This document shows, one piece after another, positions 50,668 to 61,122 of a stretch of DNA of 64,000 nucleotides (position 1 is the first letter of the stretch; each line of letters opens with the position of its first letter). Source of the DNA: an uncultured delta proteobacterium (GTDB lineage Bacteria > Desulfobacterota > Desulfobaccia > Desulfobaccales > 0-14-0-80-60-11); assembly GCA_963812015.1 (NCBI GenBank), contig CAWETI010000003.1, positions 832,001 to 896,000 of the forward strand, in the 5' to 3' direction. The notes beneath the pieces were generated by a model. That model was not told where the DNA came from. It did no database searches and saw only the letters and a program-made list of their open reading frames with translations. Position numbers and translations under genes: made by a program.

Positions 50668-51267
50668 TCACCCGGGGAAATCGGTGTTGGAGATGGTAGC
50701 CGCCAAGTGGGCTGGCAGGTCTTGCACATAGAGTTTCAGGCATGTTTCCACGACGGCCGCATCGTAGAGAATCCCTCTGTTCCTGGTGAGTTCATCCAGG
50801 GTTTCTGCCAGGCCCAGGGAGGCGCGGTAAGGACGATGGGAGCACATGGACTCCATCACATCGGCCACGCCCAGGATTCTGGCTTCCAGAAGGATTTCCT
50901 CCCCTCTCAGGCCCTGGGGATAGCCGGAGCCATTCACCCGTTCGTGATGTTGCAGAATAATCATGGCAGTGTGGCCCGGCAGGGTGATAGGTTCCAGAAT
51001 GTTGAAGGCTACCTCAGGATGGGTTTTAAGCAGGGCGAACTCCAGGGGAGTGAGTTTCCCTGACTTGGAAAGCAGTTCAGTAGGGATGGCGATCTTGCCC
51101 AGGTCGTGAAGCATGCCGGCCATCCGCAGATCACGGAGGCGGTCCTCGGACAGTCTCATCTTCCTGCCGATGTTACAGGCTATCTGGCTTACCCGCCGTT
51201 GATGCCCAACCGTATATGGGTCCCGGGCCGCCATCGTGGACTCCAGCACCTGAATGAGCGCCTCCAT
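50668..51267 (-). CDS. Stand-alone HD-GYP phosphodiesterase
   Basis: GHQRRV, LHDLGK, HHERVNGSGYP, ARILGVAD, RPYR. Confidence 0.9.
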   Translation of the reverse strand: MEALIQVLESTMAARDPYTVGHQRRVSQIACNIGRKMRLSEDRLRDLRMAGMLHDLGKIAIPTELLSKSGKLTPLEFALLKTHPEVAFNILEPITLPGHTAMIILQHHERVNGSGYPQGLRGEEILLEARILGVADVMESMCSHRPYRASLGLAETLDELTRNRGILYDAAVVETCLKLYVQDLPAHLAATISNTDFPG

Positions 51268-51518
51268 GCCATCTCCTTTTCCACCAGCGTTTCGCCCCTC
51301 CAGCCTTTAGGTCGTCAACCGCATTAACCTCGTGCCGGTGAGGTTACCGATAAGCTGCAGGCGATCCATGCCCCGGCATTTAGGGTTTTCCTAATTTATT
51401 GATTCCAAAGTTGCCAATTTTTGTTTCCTAATGTGGTCAGCACTCTTTCCACATACCGCATTTTGCTGGGGAACATGAATGGTACATATGGTATTTTAAT
51501 TGCGGAAAGGTTAGGAAG

Positions 51519-51583
51519 CGATAAACGGGATGACTATTTCTATATGACCATTTTGACCATTTTCGTATGATCATTTTAACCAC
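51519..51583 (-). promoter_or_regulatory. Repeated operator motif, copy 3 (23-bp unit doubled), upstream of HD-GYP
   Basis: rc GTGGTTAAAATGATCATACGAAAATGGTCAAAATGGTCATATAGAAATAGTCATCCCGTTTATCG. Confidence 0.55.
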
Positions 51584-51684
51584 TTAACAAAAAAATTTGG
51601 GTATTGAATGGAAAAGCAATATGATACCAGTAATGGCCATTCAAAATGGACCCACCCGGTTTATTGCAACACCGAGAGGACAGG

Positions 51685-51845
51685 CTTGACTTTGCACAAA
51701 GGAGATAGTGCGCATGGACCTCCCTCCTAAACCCCCGATTACTCACTCACGTTCCCACCCGAACTGGAAACTACGAATAGGAAACGGACTAGAATTATAG
51801 CCAAATACCGATACACCTGAACAATCTTGACTTTGCACATAAAAG
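51685..51845 (+). repeat. Tandem orphan IS1111-type right ends (stub + full module)
   Basis: CTTGACTTTGCACAAAGGAG ... CCCCGATTACT...CCCACC...ACGAATAGG...CTTGACTTTGCACATAAAAG. Confidence 0.7.
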
Positions 51846-52327
51846 ATCGACTGACCTCTTGCAGCCAAAACCGAATAGTTGAGCTTGGCAAGACTATGAT
51901 CCAGACAGCCTCGGCTGGCCTTGCCATGGCTGGTGTTACCCGCCGACCTCCTTACAAATACAGACATCCCCCCATTAAAAACCCGGTAATCCCCAGACCA
52001 AAATCCGGTTAATTACTTATTTTCAGATTGGCACTGGTCAGACATAGTGCAATCAACCTAAGAATTATTATGGCCAAGACTAAACGAGCCTCTTAGGCTA
52101 GGTCAAGCCAAATAATTTCATGATCGAAGAGGGCGCATGGTCATAATCCTTTCCATTCGTTTTTAAGACATGGTGCAAATCATTCAGTCGGTAGGCGAGG
52201 ATTTTTTAGTGTCTAACCGTTCCCGACCTCGGGTTCCTTACAGGCGGCGCGCAAGGATTACGCATCAGATGATGCCACTGCTTAATGTCGCACCATACTT
52301 ATACAAGGATCAAGGGTTCAACCTATC

Positions 52328-53122
52328 ATGAATCAGCACGTTGCCCGCTCCAGAGAGGTCTCCCGCCTCAATTACTATGCCTGGGCGCTCCTGGCCTTGT
52401 GGACCGTAGTGGTGGCGATATCCTTTTGGTGGAACCTGGCCCAGCAGCGGCCGGAGACTATCGTGGACCTCTGGTTGGTGCATGGTCTCTTGTGGCTTCT
52501 GGGCTCTGGGGGGATCATTTTTTGTTTCAACCGCCTGCGGATATCTCATGAGCGCATCATTACTTTGATGTATACCGACTCGTTGACTGGCGTCGCCAAC
52601 CGACGCATCTTCCTGGAGAGCCTGGGCGGCGCCATCTCCTTTGCTCAGAGGCACCAGACTCCCCTGTCCATCATCATGGCCGACCTGGACGACTTCAAGT
52701 CCATCAACGATACTTTTGGTCATAACGAGGGGGACCAGGTGCTCCAGGCTTTTGCCATACTCTTGATGGAAGATAGCCGGCAGGAGGACTTGATCGCGCG
52801 CTGGGGCGGAGAAGAATTTATTATGATGCTCCCAGGCATCAGCGCCAAGGAAGCAGCCATTTTTGCTGAGCGTCTCCGGCATCGTTTGGAGGAGATAACC
52901 TTCCCTGACCCCGACACCAGGTTGACCGCCAGTTTCGGCGTGTCCGAATTTCAGCCAGGAGATACCAGCACCAGTTTTATCGAAAGGGCAGATCAGGCGT
53001 TATACGAGGCCAAGAGGTTGGGAAAGAATCAGGTCACTTTCCTGGAAAACGAGGCAAAGCAGGTTGCGGAGGAAAAGCAAAGGTTACTCGATTTTGTGAG
53101 TCACTTGGCCCGTGACGTTTAG
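52328..53122 (+). CDS. Membrane-anchored diguanylate cyclase
   Basis: 2 TM, DSLTG, DLDDFKSINDTFGHNEGD, RQED I-site, GGEEF. Confidence 0.92.
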   Translation: MNQHVARSREVSRLNYYAWALLALWTVVVAISFWWNLAQQRPETIVDLWLVHGLLWLLGSGGIIFCFNRLRISHERIITLMYTDSLTGVANRRIFLESLGGAISFAQRHQTPLSIIMADLDDFKSINDTFGHNEGDQVLQAFAILLMEDSRQEDLIARWGGEEFIMMLPGISAKEAAIFAERLRHRLEEITFPDPDTRLTASFGVSEFQPGDTSTSFIERADQALYEAKRLGKNQVTFLENEAKQVAEEKQRLLDFVSHLARDV

Positions 53123-53254
53123 GAAAAATGGCTAACGGTTACGAGGGGGCAAAGAGCCCCAAATGAAGAAGTCCAGTTTAAGGATGGCCTTATCAAGGTG
53201 GATGGACTCCTGCCCCGGGGCCTCTTTTTCATTTTATGACTAAATTGTAACTAT

Positions 53255-53476
53255 CTGCTTCTACGTGAATTCCTTTTGTCAAGCCTTTTTGTCCTCCAAG
53301 TAGTTAAACCTCCCATCCCTGAGCCTGAGGTTAACAGGCCATCCCTTTGCCGTCGGCCTGCTTCCCAACCAGCATGACCCCGGAAGAGGTGTCAAGGTCG
53401 CGCAGCGCCATAGGGAAACCTTGACACCACGACGGGGCATGCTATTAACTCCTGGCCGAGGCGGATCGCCCAGTAC
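53255..53476 (-). repeat. Orphan IS110 right-end structured region, homologous to 58471-58680
   Basis: Colinear ~210-bp match including GGTGTCAAGGT...ACCTTGACACC hairpin. Confidence 0.85.
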
Positions 53477-53480
53477 TCAC

Positions 53481-54859
53481 TGGTTTGGTCTACAATTCCC
53501 TTGGACACCGATTTGGGTAAAATAAGCTCATCCCAGGAGGTGTCGCAATGGATCAGAATAATGGTTCGCAGCCAGGACCATCGGCCGGAGCCCGTAGGGC
53601 GACCGGAGATGGCCCTGGCCAGAGGGAACAAAAACGTTTTTCCACCCGGCGTAAAGTTGAAATCGTCTTGCGGTTGCTGCGAGGTGAAGATCTGGAACTA
53701 CTTTCCCGGGAACTGGGCGTGACCGCGGCCAGACTCTCCCTTTGGCGAGAGCAATTCCTGACCGCCGGACGGACAGTGCTGAAGAAACCTCCCCAGGACG
53801 CCCGAGACCCGGAGATCGCCCGGCTGCAACAAAAGCTGGGCGAAGTCACCATGGATAACGAGTTCCTCCAGAAGAAGATTGAGCACCTGGAGGACGGCCG
53901 CCCTTTACCGCGGCGGAGGTTGAGGAGATGAGCCGGACCACCTCGCCCTCCACGCAGAAACCTTATTCCCTGGTCCGGGTTTGTCGGGTCTGGCGCCTGG
54001 GACGCTCCACCGTGTACTGGCAGCGCCTCCCAAAGACGCAGGCCGCCACCCGCCCAGGACCGCGGGGACCCTGTGCCGATGATGACTTGGCGCAGCATAT
54101 CAGAACCATCCTGGCCGGCTCCCCCTTCCATGGCGAAGGATACCGCAAGGTATGGGCCAGACAGCGCTATGCCGGCCTCAGGACCTCGAAAAGACGGGTT
54201 TTGCGTCTGATGCGAGAGTGCCAGCTCCTGGCTCCCCACCGTCGGGGATGCTCCCCCGGACCCCGGGTCCATGACGGCACCATCACCACCACCCGGGTCA
54301 ATGACATGTGGGGCACCGATATGACCTCTACCTTTACTGCTGAAGAAGGCCAGGCGGCAATCTTCTTCGCAGTAGATCATTGCTCCATGGAATGCACCGG
54401 CATCCACGCGGCCAAGCGCGGGACCCGCTTCGAGGCCCTGGAACCCCTCAGGCAAGGGGTCAAAGAATACTTCGGCCACTTCGCACCCAACGCCGCCCAG
54501 GGCCTGACCCTGCGGCATGACCACGGCAGCCAGTATCTATCCCATGACTTTCAGACGGAAATCGCTTTCCTGGGCATCGAAAGCTCACCGGCATTTGTCA
54601 GGGCTCCCGAAGGCAACGGTTGCGCCGAACGCTTTGTCCGCCTCCCCAAGGAAAACCTGCTCTGGGTGAGGACTTTCGCCACCGTGGAGGAACTGCGCCT
54701 GGCCCTCCTGGACTTTAAGCGGACCTACAACGAAAACTGGATCATCCAGCGCCATGGCTACAAAACCCCGGCCCAGGTGCGCCGGGGACAATCTCAGGTG
54801 TTGCCCCTGGCCGCCTGATTTAACCCTTTACTGTGTCCAATAAATTGTGGACCGTTACA
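53481..54859 (+). mobile_element. IS3-family element (orfA 53548-53931, orfB 53928-54818), TSD TCAC
   Basis: WGTDMT, HDHGSQY, GNGCAERF; TG...CA imperfect IRs; TCAC at 53477 and 54860. Confidence 0.9.
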
Positions 54860-55025
54860 TCACAAGCAATTTTTTTCAACCTGATGGCCCCTGCCTTTCC
54901 CGCCAGTATCCCGATCTTCTTCTATCTTCGCTGCCTAAAATCATCCTCCCCACAAGGGCCACTGTAGGATATGGAGGTCATATCCGCAGCTTTTGCTTAT
55001 TTTTTGATAAGTGAAGGGTTTGGCA

Positions 55026-56173
55026 AGTAACTATGATGCAAAGGAAGGCCCTGTCTGCCCTATCGCTTGGTGGCATGCTGGGATCCAGGCCGGTCTAACC
55101 AATCAAGGAGGAGACTGAGAATGAGACGCCCCAAGCATCAGGTTACAAGCGAAGCGGATTTATTTGTCGGAATCGACCTGCATAAAAACAGGTGGCACGT
55201 AACCATTCGGACGGTGGACCTGGAGTTGTTCAGCGCCACCATTCCAGGGACCTGGGAATCTTTGCACCGAGTTTTAGCTCGCCCGGCCATTCCCACCAAG
55301 CGGTCTATGAAGCCGGATAGTTTGGATTCCGGCTTCATGACCGGCTGGTGGATCATTGCATCCCCTGCCTGGTTACTCCTACGAGTCTGGTTCCCAAGGA
55401 GTACGGCAACCGGGTCAAGACCGATCGGCGGGACAGCAGTAAACTGGCGCATCTTTTGGCCAAAGGGATGCTGAAGCGGGTGTGGGGGCCCAGTGAAGGG
55501 GAACGTTATCACCGCCAGGTCATCCGCGCCGCCGGCAGTTAGTCAGGGATCTTACGTGGGCATAACCCCATCCCAATACTCCAGTGCGGATAAGGGGCGC
55601 ATGGGCCGCATCACCGGCATCGGCAAGAATACCCTGAGGGCCATCGTGGTAGAAGCCTCATGGAAACTGATCACCAAGGATCAGGTGATGCGCGAGAAAT
55701 ACGACAGGATCAAAATCCGTTCAGGAGGAAAGCGCGCCATTGTGGCCATTGCCCGCACCCTACTACTACGCATGATAAGAATGTTACTGGATAAACAGGC
55801 ATATGCGCTACAGCTGGCACCTTAGAAAACATGAGAATCTAAAACCGGTTTAGGGTATGGCGAGCTGATTGCTGTGTGTGCTTATAGCCTGCAACCACGT
55901 TGGCAAGTTTGTCAGCCCTATTTGAATACCCCGGATTACTTACTTGCGGTCCCACCTGAAGGGGAACCACGAATAAGAGACTGGCTTGGATTCTAACCGG
56001 ATACCGCAACACCTTTGGAACTTGACTTTGCACATAGGAGTATGTCAGCCTTGTTGAATACCCCGGATTACTTACTTGGGGTCCCACCTAAGCGGGGAAC
56101 CACGAATAGGAGACTGGTTTGGATTCTAAAAGAACACCGGGGCACCTTGCCTGCTTGACTTTGCACATAGGAG
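55026..56173 (+). mobile_element. IS110/IS1111-group element with decayed transposase (55121-55825) and doubled right end
   Basis: FVGIDLHK, KTDRRDS, GITPSQYSS; sub-terminal IRs CTATG(A)TGCAAAG / CTTTGCACATAG; AG core at ends. Confidence 0.85.
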
Positions 56174-56281
56174 TTATCCGCTATTCTTACTTCTCCTCTC
56201 CTTCTGCCCTGACCAGTCCTAATTAATTGGCGACCCCGCTCTATCAAAGTGGGACTTCCGAAATCTTAACTAAACGAATAT

Positions 56282-56338
56282 TAGGGATTCCGAAGGTCAA
56301 ATATAGGGAATTAACCAAATGTTATTAGGGAAACCCTA
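56282..56338 (+). promoter_or_regulatory. Three TAGGGA sites at 22-bp spacing, last one palindromic
   Basis: TAGGGA at 56282, 56304, 56326 (TAGGGAAACCCTA). Confidence 0.5.
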
Positions 56339-56403
56339 ATTATCCTGAATTATGGAGGTTAATATAATAAAAAATTTGCCTCATTTCGGATAGGAGTGGA
56401 ATA

Positions 56404-57399
56404 ATGTTATCCCATAGTTATCAAATGGTTAAGTTCTCCCTGAGCCTAAGCAAATTTATGCAAATGAGATTGAACAGCTTTCTGTTCCGTTTCCTCCCCT
56501 TCTCCGTCTCCCGATGGTACCTTATGGTCATGGGAAGGCTTTACTATCTTCTGAACTGTACGGAGAAAACCCTGATCCGGAAAACCATTCACCATGTTTT
56601 TCAAAGAAAATTTCCCGCTCCATTCTTGAATCGGAAGATCAAAGCGGTTTTCACTGGAATCTTCAACCATTACCATGAGAAGCTGTTCGTTGCTTATTCT
56701 AATTTTCCCAGGCTGGTGAAATTCTTGAAATCCCGGGTCAGGTTTACCGGGGAGGAGGGTCTTCAGGCGGCGTTGCAGGCTGGCAAGGGGGTTATCCTGG
56801 TCACCGGTCACTTCGGTGCGGTGGAGTTCCTGCCTGGCGCCCTGGCGTTGAATGGCTACCCCACTTCCATGATCTGTCGTTTCCAAACCAACCGCCTACG
56901 GGAATCCATGGGGGAACGGGCGGAAGCGGTCGGCCTGCACCTTATTGATGCGGACGAGGGCAACATCATTCTGTCAGCAATGCAGGCTCTGAAGAAAGGC
57001 GGCATCCTCATCACCGAATGTGACGAGTTTGATGAGTGGCGGCCTGATCCGAAGCGGGATGGTTCCTTTCTCAAATGCAAGCTGCCTTCAGACCGAACTT
57101 TGGAGCTTTTACAGAAACGCTCGGGTGCCCAGGTCATCACGGCCCTGGTACAAAGGCAAGGGAAGAAACACTATGCCTGCAACTTGACGGCCGTCGGCAA
57201 CGAGGCCTTCCCAGCGAACCCACCCATAAGCGAGCAGTGCTTATTGGTGTTGGAAAAGGCAGTTGAAAATTGCCCAGAGCAGTGGTACCAATGGAAGAAG
57301 TTTGGTGCTATGATCAAACCGCAATTGGAGATCGAGCCTGATCGGTATGCAGCTGGATATCTGCCTGATATTGGGTTTCCAATCCCCGATCAAGTATAA
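56404..57399 (+). CDS. Lipid A/lysophospholipid acyltransferase-family protein
   Basis: GKGVILVTGHFGAVE, PEQWYQW. Confidence 0.75.
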   Translation: MLSHSYQMVKFSLSLSKFMQMRLNSFLFRFLPFSVSRWYLMVMGRLYYLLNCTEKTLIRKTIHHVFQRKFPAPFLNRKIKAVFTGIFNHYHEKLFVAYSNFPRLVKFLKSRVRFTGEEGLQAALQAGKGVILVTGHFGAVEFLPGALALNGYPTSMICRFQTNRLRESMGERAEAVGLHLIDADEGNIILSAMQALKKGGILITECDEFDEWRPDPKRDGSFLKCKLPSDRTLELLQKRSGAQVITALVQRQGKKHYACNLTAVGNEAFPANPPISEQCLLVLEKAVENCPEQWYQWKKFGAMIKPQLEIEPDRYAAGYLPDIGFPIPDQV

Positions 57400-57586
57400 T
57401 CTGGCTGCTAATGAAGGCATCAGATGGGAGCTGGGCTGCCCCGCCTTCCCTGGTTGTCCCTCTACGTCACTTAAAAGGCCCGTGTCAGTCTGATATATTA
57501 GTTGCATATTGGGGAGTCATTTTGTTGCTTACCAAAGGAACTCGAGCAATATAATCATTTATTTCCATTTATAATAGAAGTAACCT

Positions 57587-58282
57587 ATGAGTAACAAAGT
57601 GTTCTTGGTTAAATATTTTCTGACCTATGATGTTATCAATGAAGCAATTCCCTATCAAAAATTTATGGAAGGTCTCATTAGAGCATGTGAGGCAAAAAAG
57701 GGAGATTTCATCATTGACGCCGGTTTGTGAACTGGTAATGTATGTATAAGATTAAAAGAGTCTGGATCAAAGCCAGTCAGATTCGATTTTTCTGAGAAGG
57801 CTATAAAGATTCATATGGTTAAAGACCAAGATGCAGAAGCAAATATTGGTTACCTTACGAATACGTTATCTTTTCAAAATAATTCTTTTGATAAAGTGGT
57901 TTCATAAAAATTTTATATACTATTAAAAAGAGTATCATGGTAGATGTTAGGAAATAAGGATATTAAAATATAATAGCAAATGCATTGTTGCTAATGTTTA
58001 TAACGGTTTTAATCCTCTATTGATTCTTTACGACCATTTAAACAGTAAATAAAAGCAAAAATGGTATTTAGAACAGCAAGAGAATTGCCACGAAATGTTT
58101 GCGCTATTGGCAAAATGTTTTATTATAGCTATTGTTTAATTAGGAAAGAAAGAAATGGCAAATATGCATGTATGCAAGAAGGCGATCAGAGAAACTTATT
58201 ATTGCAGAATTATTTTAGAAATATCACAAGTGCAATAAAAATCTATTCGAATCAAAGTTATTTTGATATAGGAATTAAATAA
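57587..58282 (+). pseudogene. Degraded SAM methyltransferase, AT-rich
   Basis: YDVINEAIPYQ...IIDAG(fs)TGN, LSFQNNSFDKVV; multiple stops. Confidence 0.55.
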
Positions 58283-58749
58283 TCATTAGCCATTCTTAAT
58301 GCATAACCCCACCTGAACGCATGCATTTCCACTGTTGCGGAAGGAAATCATAAAAATGGGGGCTAAAGCACAGGCTCTACAGGCTGCTTGTCCGGCGGTT
58401 CGGGCCACAGAAACCCACCCTTGATTTTGGTCCGGGCTCATTTTTCACGGAGAGGGATAATTCAAGGTTACTGCTTCTATGTGGGTTCCTCTTGTCAAGC
58501 CTTTTTTGTCTTCCGGGCAGTTAAACCTCCATCCCTGAGCCCGAGGTCAAAAGGCCATCCCTTCGCCGTCGGCCTGCTTCCCCAGCCGCATGCCCAGGAA
58601 GAGGTGTCAAGGTCGCAGGGCGCCGCAGGGAAACCTTGACACCTCGACGGGGCATGCTAAAAACCTCAGACCGAGGCGAAGAGAGCTATCCTCCTAGGCA
58701 ATTTTTGTTAGAGACCTGTGAGCCGTTTTGGTTGGTTGGTTCCGGTAAA

Positions 58750-58945
58750 TCGATGGGGCCAAAGCCCCCATCAAGCTTCTATCCGTGCTGACTCTTAGTC
58801 AGGCACCGCATGCTGCATGCGCGGGGTTGCGCTGCGGGGAACCGATTGCTGAAGCGCCCACTCTATGAAAACGGTGACTCAAGAGCACCCAGCAGTTACA
58901 CGGGCGACTTCACCAACCAAAACTTCTACATCAACTCCGTATTCT
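58750..58945 (-). ncRNA. Predicted bridge/seek RNA of IS110
   Basis: Segments matching target flanks (58926-58932, 58891-58899) and right-end terminus (58776-58782); boundaries approximate. Confidence 0.6.
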
Positions 58946-58948
58946 GGG

Positions 58949-60100
58949 TTAAATTGCCAGTGGCCTTACCTGGGCTCCTTCCGGGACCACCCCGTACTCC
59001 AGAAAACGCCACAGATCGATGAGCAGCCGCCGGGCCAGGGCCACGATGCCGATGCGTCGCATGCGGCTCCCGCCAGCGGCAAACCTTTCCAGGAACCACC
59101 GGCTTAACTTGCTTCGGGGTTGAAACCGCAGCCAGGCCCAGGCGATCTCAATGGCCAGGGTGCGCACCCTCCGGTTACCCGCTTTACTGATCCCTTGTTC
59201 TCGCAACCTCTTGCCGCTGTCGTAAGGGGTAGAGGTCAGGCCCGCCAGGGCGGCCACTTCCCGGCGGTTCCGAAAACGGCGCCAGCCGAAAAACTCCATG
59301 ACGAAGGTCCAGGAACTTACCGGGCCGATCCCGGGCAGCCTCAGGAGCTGGGCCACTTGCGCCATCCTGGCGTTCTCTACTTTAAGAAGCTGCGTTTTCT
59401 CTTTTGCCAGGCCGCTGATCTGCTCCTCCACCATGCGTAGCCGTTCATGCACCCGTACCAGCCGCACCTTCATCTCGGCTGGCAATTCCCGGCCTTCCCA
59501 GGTGCGCATGAGTTCCAACTCCTTGACAAACTTTTTCGTGCTCGGGTTGCTGACACGCAGCCCTTGTTGAATCAAAATCCCATGGATCCGGTTGCGGTGC
59601 CGGGTCCGCTCGCTCTTCAAGGCCTCCAATTCCCGGTGTAAATGCCTGGCGTCCTCATCCTCCCGGCTCGGCACCCGCACCACCCGCCACAGGTGCTTCT
59701 CCCCGCCGTGATAGCGGAGCAGCATGCTCAATAGTTTCCCCGCATCGACCCGGTCGGTTTTCGCCCTCCGCAACCGCCGGTTCACTTCCAGGCTGGCAGA
59801 GTCCACCACCACATTGTCTATCCCGCAGCTGTGCAAATACCGGTGCAGCCAAAAACCGTCACGTCCGGCCTCATAACAGCTCACCGTGTGCACCTTGTCC
59901 CCCATACCGAAATGCCGCTTGGCTCCGATAATCGCTCTTTGGACTTGGGCCAGGTCCCCAGCAGTCACGGTGAGATGCCGCAACTTGCTGCCATCGGTGC
60001 ACGCCATCTTCCAGGTGCTGTTAGCCAGTTCGAAGGCGACGTACAAAACCGGCACCTGGGCGCTCTGTTCTCGACCCTGGTTTCCCTGCTTGTGGTCCAT
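58949..60100 (-). CDS. IS110-family transposase/recombinase
   Basis: AFELA, CYEAG, KTDRVDA (E-E-D-D variant of DEDD), LPGIGP, PYDSG, ISKAGN. Confidence 0.93.
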   Translation of the reverse strand: MDHKQGNQGREQSAQVPVLYVAFELANSTWKMACTDGSKLRHLTVTAGDLAQVQRAIIGAKRHFGMGDKVHTVSCYEAGRDGFWLHRYLHSCGIDNVVVDSASLEVNRRLRRAKTDRVDAGKLLSMLLRYHGGEKHLWRVVRVPSREDEDARHLHRELEALKSERTRHRNRIHGILIQQGLRVSNPSTKKFVKELELMRTWEGRELPAEMKVRLVRVHERLRMVEEQISGLAKEKTQLLKVENARMAQVAQLLRLPGIGPVSSWTFVMEFFGWRRFRNRREVAALAGLTSTPYDSGKRLREQGISKAGNRRVRTLAIEIAWAWLRFQPRSKLSRWFLERFAAGGSRMRRIGIVALARRLLIDLWRFLEYGVVPEGAQVRPLAI

Positions 60101-61122
60101 GGTAAGCCTCCTTTTCCTGTTTTTTTCTTGAGGAACTCCACTTTTATACCAAGAGGCTTACTTAAGGAACCTTTCATAGCATCTATATCTCCGCTCCTTT
60201 GGGTCCTGCCAAAATGCTACGATAGTCTATCCATATATGCTCTTTTTTGGCTGGCCCAGCCGCTTTCTCTGTCGCTTATCGACTTCCGTTGTCCCACGCC
60301 TATGGGGAGTAAAGTAAAGGAGTCAGAGGTTACCCCTGAGCGTTCACCTATGGCCATCTCAGGCGCTTTCCAGGGCGGCTGTGGGGTGTTCTGGGCCTGC
60401 ACCTAGTGAGGGTCTCCGCCGTTTGGCATCTATGATCCGGGCCACGGTCGGGCATGGGGGGGCAACAGGATATGGCGCTAAAGGAGTGGATAGTGGGGCT
60501 GATGCCGGGGGTCTGCAAAAAGCCGGTATCACGTCTCAAAAGGGAGATGGGTGGCCGGGTCAAATGCCCAGCCTCTTTACAAGGATAGGCGCCACCTCAG
60601 GCGCCACTTTTCGGTAAGGGGATTTGAATAACTCTTTTTGGGGGGTGTGGGCCGGCTAATTTCACTGTCGGCGATGGCTATAGGGACACCGGAGACAGGA
60701 GACGGTGTCTGGGTATGGCCGGGAGTCGATAAACTTCGAAAAGATATTGGACAAATGAGGGGGAGGATTCTATAAAAAATATGACTTATATGCAGAAAAT
60801 AGATAGAAAATCTTGCAAATCTGGATATTAAACCAATTTATTCAATAAATCACTGTCTGATTTTCTAATAAAATCAATTAGTTATTATATATTATTTTTG
60901 AGGTAATTAATTAATAAAATAATTTTAATAATTCAATAAAAAAGTTGGCCATAATCATAATAACGTATTGTATTAATTTGTAAATAATGGCTCTCCTGAT
61001 AGATATACGGGATGTGCAAAAAATATTCAAAAACCATAAATTAATCATAAAATTCTTATTCGCTCATGACGGCCCTGGCTCTGGCCAGGAGACGCCCAAC
61101 CGCTTCAAGATTTTTCCTCTTC

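Larger units (their letters stand above)
58474..60184 (-). mobile_element. IS110-family element with long 3' non-coding end
   Basis: Ends AG-ATG-CTATG and CATAG-A-AG; intact transposase. Confidence 0.85.

Noticed and set aside
55900..56173. CRISPR array
   Set aside because: Only two ~133-bp units, mostly conserved, no cas genes; explained as IS1111 right ends
60720..61060. AT-rich tract as origin or gene
   Set aside because: No clear repeats or credible ORF by eye
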